Origin: Klebsormidium nitens
Taxonomy: Eukaryota > Plantae > Klebsormidiophyceae
Assembly: GCA_000708835.1 (NCBI GenBank)
Contig: DF236967.1
Span: 186,001-250,000, forward strand
Length of the DNA stretch: 64,000 bases
Direction of reading: 5' to 3'
The position numbers and the translations under genes are program-made. Below are positions 34,689 through 47,000 of the stretch, in pieces. Below the pieces are notes generated by a model, which was given only the letters and a program-made list of their open reading frames with translations, did no database searches and was not told where the DNA came from. Numbering within the stretch: position 1 is the first letter of the stretch; the number at the start of each line of letters is the position of its first letter.

Positions 34689-37600
34689 ATGTCTTTGACA
34701 GATGTGGAGGTGACTGCCGAGGTTTGGATGACCTGTGTCACCCATGCCTTGTCGACAGAGAAGGAGGAGATCATGGGCCTTCTGCTCGGCGATGTTCTGG
34801 TGAGGCCTCAAGGCTCAACAAGCGGTTGTGCATGGACTGTGTTGGAACTTTCAGCAACAAAGTCCCTCTTACCACCTTCGGCACTGCCAGCTGTTTGCTT
34901 GTCCGCATTGGCGGCATTCTAAAGAAGCCAGAGCATTGCTTCTGGAGACTTTCCAGTGCATTCAACATGCGAGTGTCCCACTTTTGTCAACCACGGGCCA
35001 TTGCGCTGTATCAGGGCACTGACCGCACGACCACCACCTCAAATATATTCCCAGAGAAACTCCTTTACAAGGATGCTCATCTCTGTAGGTATACGGAGAT
35101 GGCCGGGCCACTGCACGCGTCTTCTCGGCAGCGCCGCAGACCCGCTCCGACCGGCGCAAGGACCGCGTGGAGACCAACCCAGAGCAGCTGGCGGCTGCAG
35201 CGGCAGAAGCAGAGAGACTCTCAGTTCTCTCCGGCAGGGAAACCAGGGTGATTGGGTGGTACCACTCGCACCCCCACATCACGGTGTTCCCATCACATGT
35301 TGGTGAGATGCGCTTTATTTTGCTGAGAGTTTGAGGCCTTTTTCTCTGGTAGATCCTAATGAGCTTCTTCTTTTCTTCTTCCTGAGCCTCTAGAATGATC
35401 GAGATGGAAGGCAGTCGTCTCAGGAGAGGGTTTATGCTGGGACTTTTGAGGAGGGAAGTTGATCAATGGTTCTCTTTGGCCTGCAGATGTGGCAACGCAG
35501 GGCATGTACCAGATGCTGGACCAGGGATTCATTGGGCTCATCTTCTCGTGCTTCAGCGAGGATGCCAGCAAGGTAGGCTTTCATATGTCGATCGGACGGC
35601 ACTGCTGAGGAGAAGACATGTTGCTTGAAAAGCCTTGACCATCATGACTGCATGGACAGATTGCCCCTCCTCCGTAGTTTTGGTGAGCCATCCATTCGGC
35701 CATCCACTTTGAGCTCTGCTCGAACCTCAGCTTAGACAGTCCCAATCAGCCCACTATGCCCCATTGTACTCGACGAACGGAAAGTGTGAGGTCTTTGCAT
35801 GGTGCCGCAGGTCGGGCGCATCCAGGTGACTGCGTTCCAGTCAGCTCCCGCCAACCGCCGCTCTCCCACCCCTGTCCCTGTCCGCCCAGCATACTCTCGC
35901 AGCCCTTCCCCCCTGCCCTATGCTCGGGGGCCCACTTCTGGGGCTTCAGACTTCCCCCCTCTCGCTGGAGATTCTCCAGCCCGCAAGGCATCCCCAGCGC
36001 CTGCGGCCCCTGCTGCTAGCGACTCGTCCATAGAAGAGATTCTTCCAAGTGATGCGAGGATGCCGTCGAGGATCAAGGGGGGAGGCCCTTCTGATGCAGA
36101 AGAGCAGGTATGGCTGCCATTCATCTTCAGGAGGCTCTACCTCCAAGGTTGCCCTTCGTATTCCCAGAAGCGAGCGTTTCAGTCGGCAATCGTAAAGTGG
36201 ACCCTTGAGATACATTCGAACATCTACCGTTTCCAATGTAAGCGTTAGATGTAACAGTCATATTCCCGGTTTAGAAAACGTATCCCGATCACGAACAGAA
36301 TTCCGATCTCTTGGCGTCCAGGACCCATCAAGTTCGCGCCGGCCGCCCCGTCCCCCATCTTTGGAGGTCGACCCCGGGCTGCCCCCCTCTGGTGGCCGCA
36401 GCACGCGCAACAGCCCGTCTCCTTACTACCCGGGGGAAAGCCAACAGAAGGGCTGGTCGTACGCACAGGCGGCGGGCCCGAGGAGGGAGTCGTCACAGGA
36501 CAGCATGGCGTCAGCGATGGAGGAAGCAGCGGCGCGGTCCATGGAGGATAGCAGGTGACCTCCGGACAGGTGTTTTCAATGATCGGAGCTTCTTATCGGT
36601 GGTTCGTTGGCCGGCGACAACCTCTCTGAGTCTCCTGTTTCGATTCTGATGTGGTTCGGGGTTGTGAAGATCCTGGTTGGTTGTTCCCTGTTGTTGAACA
36701 GCTTCGTAACCCGACAGGAACGGGCGATCCTCTCATCTACGATTGTGCGGGCGTGTAAATGTCGTTGCTCCTGTCTTCTCGGAGAGACTGCATATCCATC
36801 CTGGTCGCAAGGCTACTGTGTGTCCGTCCGCCCATCCCTCCATCGACGCACCTGATTTCATACAGATGCAGACCAACTCACAACGGGTCGTCTCCGCCGC
36901 CTCCCGTGCGAACATTTACTCTCGTCAACGGAACCAATCCGTAATCGTCCTTTCCCGCTTGCAGGGGTGCCAGCTTCGTGCACAAGGAGGTCCCTCTGCG
37001 TGTCATCTCGGGGCTTGACGTCGTGGGTGCGTCCCCCGAGCTGCTCCTAGACCCGCTGGTCAGCCTGCAGCGGATCCTGTTTGCCGAGGAGAAGGCGGCC
37101 TATCGCCAGGCCATCGCGCAGAGCTCCGAGGACGGGAAGATGCACCCCATTGCGGCGATTCACCACTCGGCGACGTATCAGGCGTCGCTGTGCAAGCTCA
37201 TGGAGTACTGGTGAGTCGCTGGGTGAGGGGTTGCGGGTTATGTGTACGCTTTGTGCTTTAGCTGCAAGATCTATGTCCGTATCAATCCCAATACTGGCTT
37301 CGCGACTGCTCGGATTACAGTGGATTGCTGCATTATTGTTCGATGCAGCAAGATAGAGTACAGGAAACGGCTTGATCGTTGTTTAGAAAGTTCAACCTCT
37401 GCCGGCATCCCCCATTTGTCCGCAGGTCGAGTGACGAGGTTGTTGAGTCGCATCATTTCACGTCTGCATCCAAGACTCTATGCGTTCAATAAACAGCTTT
37501 CTGTCGCAGGTCCGACTGAGTCCGTCTTTTTGTGTTGCAGCTTGAGCCCAGTCCTGACGGCCCTATGGGAGCGGCAGCACCAGTGCCAGTTGCAGCTGGC

Positions 37601-38003
37601 GTTCCTACAACAAGAGGAGCGGGATCTCCGAGAGGCGGCCGCCGCGGTTGCGGCAGCTGCAGATGCGTCGCCCCCAAAGCTGCAGCGCCCGTCTAGCGTG
37701 CGCACTCGGCCAGGGGAACCGGGCGTGACACCACGGGTATCGAATCCAAAGTCGGAAGCGCCGATAGAACCGCTGAGCGGAGCAGGCCTCAGTTGGACAG
37801 GGAAAACGTTGGAGGAACTGAGAGGCTTGGAAGTTGGCACGGAATCGAACTCAAAGCCACCGGAAGGGCGAAACGCGGCATCGACAAGGGTCGATCCTGC
37901 AGGCGAAGCGGTGATAGAGAGAACACGCGAAGCGCGAGCGAGGGGGGGTGGTGGAGTCGTCGAAGGGCAGGAGAAAGAAAAGCCGCTGATTCAGTGGGAC
38001 TGA
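34689..38003 (+). CDS. BRCC36: BRCC36 JAMM/MPN+ K63-specific deubiquitinase (about 7 exons)
   Basis: MSLTDVEVTAEVWMTCVTHALSTEKEEIMGLLLG; RSDRRKDRVETNPEQLAAA; intact JAMM motif VIGWYHSHPHITVFPSHV|D; QGFIGLIFSCFSEDASK|VGRIQVTAFQS; C-terminal HKEVPLRVI...LQRILFAEEKAAY...YQASLCKLMEYC|LSPVL. Confidence 0.95.
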
Positions 38004-38853
38004 TGATGTCTGGAGTATGCTGGGAGTCTCCTCGTTCATCAGTGTACATGTGCAGATGCACAGATCGAAGTGTTTAATTGAAGCCTGGCCGCCAATGTGC
38101 TCGCAATAGAATTTGCCTTCATTTCGTCATATCTGCCGCGACGTGATTTTCGAGGTTTGAAGCAGGTAAGGTTGCTGGCATGCGCATGCCGCCAACGGCG
38201 CCGCGGCTGCTGGTGCCTGCAGATTGCATGTTTGTCATTGAGTCTAATTAGCCAGCTTTTGCAGCATGTGCACTGATATGGACGTATGTGCCAATGGGCA
38301 TGGCAGCATGCGTATACAGAATTTAGCCGACTTAAGCATGAAAATATGCTTCGTGGCCATGCAATCGATCTTACATGCATTTACAATGGAGTAGGCGCGC
38401 GCACCTGCTGTAAGGCGTGGCATCTTAACATGTACCAGGGCGTCCAAAATGCCAGCTTAACGTACCCAGCCACCAGCCCATGCAACCCCCTCCCTCTGCA
38501 TTGTCTGTAAACTAGGGTGAATCTGCGCCTAGATGCTGCCCTCAGCCGGCCCCAATTTGGCCATCATTCCGGACGCACCATTGCACATAGCTGTTTTGAC
38601 ACAATAGGTCTTAAAAGCGCATCCTGACATGCATGTAGGATGCATATCGTATGCTGTCGCTTATTTTCAATCTCGACAACTTCTGCCTCATGAACACCAT
38701 AATTGTTTACCTGATTGTCCTGTTTATGTACTACTCTGTTGTACTTTACATTCTTGGGGTCATCAGTAACCACCACTGTATGATACAAGATTCTGCCTCT
38801 ACAGCCAATCACCATGCGAGGGTATGAAATAGCACTGACAAAGACCCCGGATT

Positions 38854-39990
38854 CTAAGCTTCTTGGGCCTGTCGTGCTGCCGACTGCAGATCAACAGAAA
38901 CAGACAAAAGGCGGTCAAAGATGCCGCTGCGCTTCTCTCCACCTTGTGCTCCATGATACGTTTCCTCCTCAGCAAGCGTCGAGCTACCAGCTGCCGCAGC
39001 CCCAGCCCCGTGGTATGCCAGACTCCTCTGTAGAGCAAATGCAATCGCTGACTGGTTATCAGCCGCATACAGTCGACGACTTGCACTCCCCGGCCGCTTG
39101 CGCTTGATACCCCGGTTTGCTTCTCCAACGTCAGACGGTGATCTGCACTCCTCAGCTGCGACTGTTCTGACCAGGATACCGTCCCTCAAGAAGCAGATGG
39201 TGTCATTCTCCCGACCAAACGCAGGTCCGCTGAGATGAAGACAGAAGGTGTATTGGCTAGGCAGATACAAGGGACATTGAAGATTGATGAGGCAGATGGA
39301 TCAACAACAGAAGAGCCTGAATCGTAGTGTGCTATGATTGTGCAGCAGGTTCAGCAAACAAATGAAGCCTCATGGCACTGGCTGCCCCTCAAAGCAGCAG
39401 CTTACCTGCCATGCTTCTCGATGCGGACTCTCCTGGTGAATACCTGTTTCCAGCATTCATCACTCTGTGGTAGGAATCCTTCTGGCTCAGTCCAAACGTG
39501 TCTTGTGTATAACGGCTGCCAAAGGTCATCATCATCAGCTTGCTGACGGAATGCCGTGGAAACTGCACAAGCGGAGGACCCTTCGATCAGCAGCTGTATG
39601 GCTGCCAAACACACTGTTGCGGCGTTACAAAAGCTTGCCTTTACAGCTTGTGTTGGCAAATGAAAATGGTGCTGAGCTGAAACAGAAAGGAGGTGCACTT
39701 AGGTGGATTATGCATACATGCTGACCTCTTGAAGAAGGCCCCATTCTAAACAGGTCCCAAGAGGCAGCTAGTGATCAGCTCAAGATGCAGGAACTGCAAA
39801 GCTTTGAAAGACCAATGGTTCTTTGGCATATTCCTTTGCACCAGATGGACTTGAGGGGTGGAAACTTACCTTGTGCCAGTGAAGCAAGGTCAGCATATTC
39901 AAGGTAGCCAAATATCTGCCTGCGAAGTTCCTCAGGAAGGATACTGAGCGCACTGTCAGGCCCCAGCTCCTTGATAAGTGCGGCTTCCAT
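38854..39990 (-). CDS. F-box protein of unknown function (exons ~39990-39870, ~39562-39409, ~39228-38854)
   Basis: F-box motif LSILPEELRRQIFGYLEYADLASLAQ|VSTAFRQQADDDDLWQPLY...W...W; phase-compatible splice sites. The C-terminal region is not recognised. Confidence 0.75.
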
Positions 39991-40486
39991 GTGGTTTCTT
40001 TGATCAGGAGCTTGGCTTGTCAGCCACGAAACCTATCTACCTACATAGCAGTGACCGTCACTTTTTAGATTGAAACAAGCTTTCGTCCCACTGTCTCAAC
40101 CGCATGCACATCACCAGTTGCTCTGTATGCCTGCTGAAAAATAGGTAAGAAATGGATCTCCGAGATGAACCTGCAGTCCTCTGCCAAGCTCGTCCTAGCG
40201 TGGCCTCAAGCTGCCCTTGTCCCTTTTGCTAAGATTTGTACGTTGGGATTCTGGTTGGCTAGGGTATCGCTAAACGGTACCTACCTAGCGACTTCTGCCA
40301 GGAGTCCAGCATGCATGGCGCTGTGCGCATGATTTGTGACTTGTCCGACAAGTTGTCGCGAAGTGTGCTGCTTCAGATCAGTTCTCGCTCCTGCCATGCT
40401 GCCATGCTGGCTCGTGCAGGCAGCAGCGAAACACTGAAATTCAAATTTTGAACTTTAAACTTTTGCATCCACCCGGCCCTTACCTT

Positions 40487-40500
40487 TTGCCACGTGGCAA
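40487..40500. promoter_or_regulatory. extended palindromic G-box TTGCCACGTGGCAA
   Basis: Perfect 14-bp palindrome with a CACGTG core, about 190 bp upstream of the ATG of the plastid DUF1499 gene and within the F-box/DUF1499 divergent region. Confidence 0.5.
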
Positions 40501-40688
40501 TGCTGTGAACCTCGAAGGCTTGAGAAAATGGAAACTCTTCCAGGAACGGTGTCCCATGGGCCCGCGGCCGCTAAGCGAACCACGCGGCCGCGCCCACAGT
40601 ACTTTGAACAGCAACTTGCATGAGAGCTGGCCAGAATCTTTGGAGATCGAACTTGGAGGTGGATAGCAGGTGCATTCAGGCTGTCACT

Positions 40689-42965
40689 ATGGCGCTTACC
40701 ATTGCTGCAGCACCGATCAGTCTCTCGGCAGCTGGGTTTCTGGGGAACGGACAAGCTCTGGAAAGGTGAGGCGTGTTCAAGCAGTCTACTAATATCCTTT
40801 GAATGTCACCATCAAAGGACGGCTGGCAGTTATTGCTTAGCAAGGAAGTTTATATGCGCACACGGGTGACTGGACTGCACCACACGTGCAATGTAAACGC
40901 TTTAGGGAGAGGGATCATCCGCCCAGGTTTGCTTCAATCATTGTCCACTTGACTAACGCTATCTCTTACCGTGATCATTGTGCAGTAGGCTTGGGCGGAA
41001 GAGTGCCGCAAGCGTTAGGCGCTGCACCGTGTGCGCTGCCGCTAATGATAAGAAGGTTGCCCCGGCATCGCGGAGGTTAGATTGATCTGATCTTTAACAA
41101 AAATCTAGCCGCACAGTTCCTGGCCCATGTGTGTTCTGCTTTCCTTGGTGGTTGGTGGGAGGGGTTGTTGCATCTACCAAAACTGCATTTTGAATGTGCA
41201 CTCCACTCTGAAACCGCGGCTTTCCGAGGCTCAGGACGATCAGAACATGGCTTATCAGAACATGGCTTATTTGCAGAGAATTCATCCTACAGAGCAGCTC
41301 GGCGGCTTTCCTGGCATCGGTCTTCCACTTTGGGTAAGAAACCCCTTGACAATGTGGAGTGTGGAATTTGGAATGTGGAGATTTGTGCGGTTTCCTGCTG
41401 GTGGTGGAAGATTGTGCCAGTGGCGGAGGTGCAGCTACTGGCGATGATCCAGCGCCAGGACAACAAAACGCACTTATTTCTTACGAGTCAGACACTTGCA
41501 CGCTTGCAGCTCTGCCCGGAAATATGACCCCAACAGTGCTTGCCTTGCGATGCGACACAGACTAATAGATGGTGGCGCAACTTGTCAGGGTTGTTCAGTA
41601 CTGTGACCCATAGCTTTTGACTTGACATGGTTCTGGCGCCTCCAATGCAGAGGCGATGTTCCATCTAACCTAGGTTTTCAGCGCGACCCCCCGGGTCTAA
41701 AGCTGTGCCCTCCATCCCCGAACTGCATTAGCACATCGGAGGAGGCAAATGACCCCAGCCATTTTGTGCCGGCATGGTGAGCCCCTCGATCTCTCCTGGA
41801 AAGCATGCTCGAGGAAATTACTGTGCATGAATCAAGCAAGATGGGGAGGAACGCTATGCGGGCGGAAGACTGAGTGTGGCTGTCTGTGATTTGCAGGACC
41901 TACAACCCCCAGGATGGAAGGGGCAGAACAAAGCCAGCTACCCAAGGGCAGGCATTCCAAGAGCTCAAGGAAGTGGTGAGGCGGACCGCTCATGGCCTCA
42001 TTGCGCCTCTTCAAACCTGCATTGTCGAGGGAGGCCTTATCTTATTTGTTTGCTTCCAAGTCTTCGATTCTTTACGTTGAGCAAGTGCGACTAGGGGGAG
42101 CCTGCCTCTCCACGAAGCTAAGATCCGCTTCCAGAGAAAATCTTCTAGGTTTCTCTCTGACACTGCTTCAGTCCGCTCACTATTAACCGCAATTCGGGAT
42201 AGGAAAAGCTTTACGAGGGACTCTCAGAATCTGTTGCTCGTCAAGTGGCTTCCATGTTTACACTTTGTGCATGTGATGATGCATAGCCTGCTGATTGCGC
42301 GTCTTTGCTCTGCCACCCGCAGGTGACGACCTTGAAACCTGACGGTTTTGAGCCGACAATCATCAAGGAGACCAACGACTATTTATATCTGGAGTACGAG
42401 TCTTCCTTCTTTGGGGTGAGCAGTTGCATCAACCATTCGATCAGTCCATCAGGCACTTCAGTCCGCTGGAGACTCGTCACCCCAATCACACGCAGTGCAC
42501 AATGGAGAACCCTTGAAGTTGACTTAAAATACTCTTCCAGTAGTTTGTAATGCAGCGATGTGTGCTGACCGCAAGTCCTTCATCGCATTGACAATGAAGT
42601 CCGTTGTTCTGTGCAGTTCAAGGACGATGTTGAGTTCTGGTTCCCCCCGGGTGACCGGAGTGTTGTTGAGTACCGCTCTGCATCCCGATTAGGGGAGAGT
42701 GACGGTGACATCAACAGGAAGCGCATTAGAGTGAGTCATGCTCCTTGTTCCTGCTCCTCGCAAGGTACAACTTGATCAAAGAAGGTGTTTCATTGGTTTC
42801 GTGCGCACTCCGTCTATCCTGATCTTTCGTGGCCTGAATTACAGAGGCAGATTGTTGAAATCCTGGTACGGAACTACAATAATACTCATTCCGGTGATTC
42901 TATTCGTTTTGCAGGCCATCCGCAAGGAACTAGAGAAGAAGGGTTGGGAGTCTCTTGGGTTCTAG
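40689..42965 (+). CDS. DUF1499 family plastid (thylakoid-associated type) protein, about 8 exons
   Basis: Transit-like N-terminus MALTIAAAPISLSAAG...RRCTVCAAA; RREFILQSSSAAFLASVFHFG; PSNLGFQRDPPGLKLCPPSPNCISTSE...HFVPAW|TYNP; YLYLEYESSFFG|FKDDVEFWFPPG...VEYRSASRLGESDGDINRKRIR|AIRKELEKKGWESLGF*. Confidence 0.9.
41239..41270. repeat. 15-bp tandem duplication (ATCAGAACATGGCTT x2) next to the 3' splice site of a DUF1499 intron
   Basis: Read directly at 41239-41253 and 41254-41268. Confidence 0.85.
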
Positions 42966-44010
42966 GGTCGCATCCAATTTTGCCATTGAGAAGCATCTCT
43001 GTTTAGATTTTAATTAGGCAGTTGAACGCCACCTGAGCTAGAGATTGACAGCAAGTTGCCAAGAACAACAACTTGTCAGCGATCGATCGGTATTGCATGG
43101 ATGCTCAGTGATTGTACGTACGAACAGTGTTTCATCAAATGTTCACCTTGAGAACACAGACTCAGGGATTGGTCGAAAGTAGCGACTGAACTCGATATGT
43201 GCAGCAAGCCTGCGATCGACTCAAGATCTAGCGCCCCTTATAGCACTGATACTTGCAACTTGATGGAGGTATATGCATGATCATTGTATGACTGCTCCCA
43301 GATTGTGTTTGCCACCGATTTTACTGAATCATGATTGCAGGCATATACATGTGCACGCGATACCTGCATATGTATAATTGTTGGATCGATCATGCGCCCA
43401 TGCAGAGGCGGCTGCAGCTCGTACGGAGCACCCGAGGGTGGTCGACCACATGCCACTTAATTATCCGCAGAGAACATCGAATGACTATAGATGTCTGGCG
43501 ATCCGAAGTGGCCCCATGGTACATGTCACGGTGTACCAGACAATCAAGCCTATCATATCGAGAGTGTAAATTCCGCCCGGCCGCCTCACTTAAGCACATA
43601 TGCCACCGGTGATTACGTCAGATGTCATCTACCGGTACGTTTGCATGCAGCGAAAAAATCTTCTCTATGCCTGCAGACCTTATAACTGTTATATCATACT
43701 GCGCTTTGATGTGTCTCTATCTTTCTCGGCTCGAGCTTCTTAGGTTCGCTTGATACACACAAGGGGTCTAATTCCAGAACGAAACTATTTACTTGCACGC
43801 AGGCAGTTGCAGAAGCGTCTAAGGAGATACTTATACGCCACATTCCATATCCATATTTACTGCTAACCTATCCTGTCGGTATCACACACAAATCGACTGA
43901 TAGAACGAATCTACTCGGGCTGATCTAGATACTAAGTGTTACCTGCTGACTGCGAGCCAAAAGCACGCAGCGCCGATCGTCTCTGAATGCTGAGGACGGC
44001 TGATCGCGTC

Positions 44011-47000
44011 CTACTTCGTACCATTCCTTTTCTCCTCAATGTAAGCAGCCAGATCTTCCAAAGCTGCCCCGAACTTCGAGACGAGCTGCAAACGAAAAGA
44101 CACTGTCACTGGGTAACCCACGGAGGTGATCTTGCAATCCTGACTTTATCATAGTAGTACGGTTCTGTCAACTCGCTAAAAATCTGCAGGGTAATCTATG
44201 CTGACACGAGCAGATGCATCTCCAGCCCGCTCACCTCTTTTACTTCACCCTCAGTGATGATGAGGTGGGGTGACATCATGATGATATCACCAGAAACCCG
44301 GACCAGCATGCCGTGAGCCATGGTGCGGGACCCGAAGTACGTGCCCACGCCTGCAGCAGAACCTTCGTCGTCAGAAAGAGGGCAGAGCCAGTAGAACGAG
44401 ATCGGAGATTCCAATCTCCAATGACGCTGAGCCCTTGTCAAAGTTGACCAACATAGAGAAGGAAAAAGCACCTTCTGCTTCGAGAGCATCCAAACAATAG
44501 ATATCTTGGCTCCTTCGAGTTTCCAAGCGCCTCAACTATTCCCACCCTATGCACGTGTCGGCTTGTTCTGCACCCTCCACCGTTCCTGCCGCGTTCAGAG
44601 GGAAGCAGGCGCACGCATCAAGTTTCGTTTAAAAGGGGGAAACAATGGTGGCTTACCCCAATCCGTGGGGAAGGCTGCCTTGGTGTCCCGGTCAGCTACA
44701 AACTCCACCGCCATTATCAGCCCCAGACCACGGATCTGACCAGTGGAAGAGCAGAGACATGAGAATATGCAGACCCAAGTGTGCGAAGCTCTTGGAACGG
44801 CTTCTCGATAGACCATTTTCTCAATGGAACGTTTTCTCGACGAGGTTCGCGACATTCAAGCAGTAGTATCTTCCGTATCCGTCAGCACTCCAGCGATGCT
44901 GAACTCAACCTGGACAGAAATCGAGCTATTTCTCACAAGGAGCGCGAGTCAGCCCTGTCAACGTACCTCTCCAATGAAGGGGTACTTGTAGAACTCTCGC
45001 ATGCCTTCTTGGAAGGCAGGCGCGACCTGGCTCACGTGTTGCGGAATGTTGCGCTCCCTGCACAGCATTAGGAGAGGAACAGTTGGCCCTTCCTTGAATG
45101 TCTCAGGAATGCGCCCAAGCGTCAACTGGAACGGGAAGGGTCTCCTAAGAACCCTAGTGGCCCTGAAGGCTTTCCTGAAGAGGATCTGTACGTATGCGGG
45201 TCTGACGTGACGGGTCGGGACTTGGTCACTTGCTTCGTTGCTTATTTCTTAAGCAGTGCAAAGCCTCAATGGCACGTGGCGATGGTCGGAACGCGACTTT
45301 CAGCCTCCAGGGAACAGTGCGTGTGCTGGCAAAGGACAGCGTGTAGATATTTGGCCGCTTACTGGTAAATTTTGAGGCATTCGCTTGCGACAGCGCATGC
45401 CACTGGATGCCCGGAGTACGTGAAGCCGTGGGAAAAGCCGCCTGCAAACAAAACGTCAGCCTTTAGCGGAAACCATCCGCTAGAACTCGTAATTCTTTGC
45501 CTGCTGAAACAGGAGTTGCTTAACGAACTGAGTCACTGGCAGCTCTTTTCTTGACTTGCGAGTCCTGGTGGGTACAAAGCCCTCCTCAGATACGCACTGT
45601 CAATGCGCAGAGCTCGAAACCACGGCTCCAGTAGTGCAGCTCACCAAGTTTGTTGCTGTGCGCCGCAATCTCGTCGAACAGGTGCTGCGACATCAAGATC
45701 GCTCCGATAGGCATGTAGGCGGAAGACAAGGCCTGCACCAAGTATCGCAAAGTGAGGCGCGCACCAGATCCATGGTCGCAAGAACTATTTATGCTCAATG
45801 TAGGGGCTGGAAGGGCTCTGCCAGGCTGACGGTGCCAGATTCGTCCGACCTATCGATTCGATCCAGACATTCCGTTTTGACTCATCGCAACTTGCTTGCC
45901 ACTTGAGAAAGGCATATGTCAAGACTTTCCGCAAATCCTCTCGATAAACTAGTCAAGGACCGACGTGATGAACAGGGAGGGGAGAATTAACGAGCTTGCC
46001 AACGGGGACGCGACGTGAGCCGTACCTTTGCGAGGCTGACCAGGTCGGGCTTGATCTCGTACAAGTCGGAACCAAACATTGTGCCGAGCCTTCCGAAGGC
46101 GGTGACCACCTGCGCATGGGCAGCAAGCCAATCAACCGCCAATCGAGTACGGGGCTCGCTTTGGAGGTAAACTGCCCCTCCTAGAAGAGACGACAGAGAT
46201 GGACAACATGGAAAGCGCGCGGAACATTCCATCCGACGATGCGCACATATGCTTTCATTCAAAGGTTAAAAGAACCAGAAGCGGAAAGTAGTACAAAGTA
46301 AGAGGCAACACGCACCTCGTCCGCGATGAGCAGGATATCGTACTTCTTCAAGACTTCTTGCACCTGGAAGATGGAAACAGATTGTCAAGAAACACACCGA
46401 CTTCGTGATGGAAGCAGCCCTGTATTACTGGAAGATAGCACAGACTGTCTCGAGACTTGATTTATCGTCAAAGCACTTGACCCCTTGCTAGAACTGTCAG
46501 CAACCTGCTAGATTTTCCCAAAACAGCCAGCAGAGAACGCTGACGCGAAAAGCGCACCGGCATATTAAACAGATAGCTCATCGCTTACCTTCGGCCAGTA
46601 CCCCTTTGGTGGCGGGATGACCCCTCCCGCCCCCATGACTGGCTCTCCAATGAAAGCGGCAATCTGGCAACGAAAAATCACGGAGAAGGTTCGCTTATTG
46701 TGTCTGGTACAGCACCTCGCCTCCAGCCACCAATCACGCGATTTTTTGGCTGCATTACGTGCGGAGCAAAAGCAATCTCTTTTACAACGTCCATACACGA
46801 CATGTCGTTCAGCAATTGCGAAGGACCAGATTTCGAATCTATTTCGTCTGTTCAGTCAAGTCCAAAATATATAGAATAATATGCACGGGTCTGCTGACGT
46901 ATCTAAACAGGTCGCGGATGGAAAGCACAAGCGCAGGCGCCAGCAACAAACAAGAGCGAACCAATGACTAACTTACAGTGTCGGGGCCTTCTTGGAGGAT

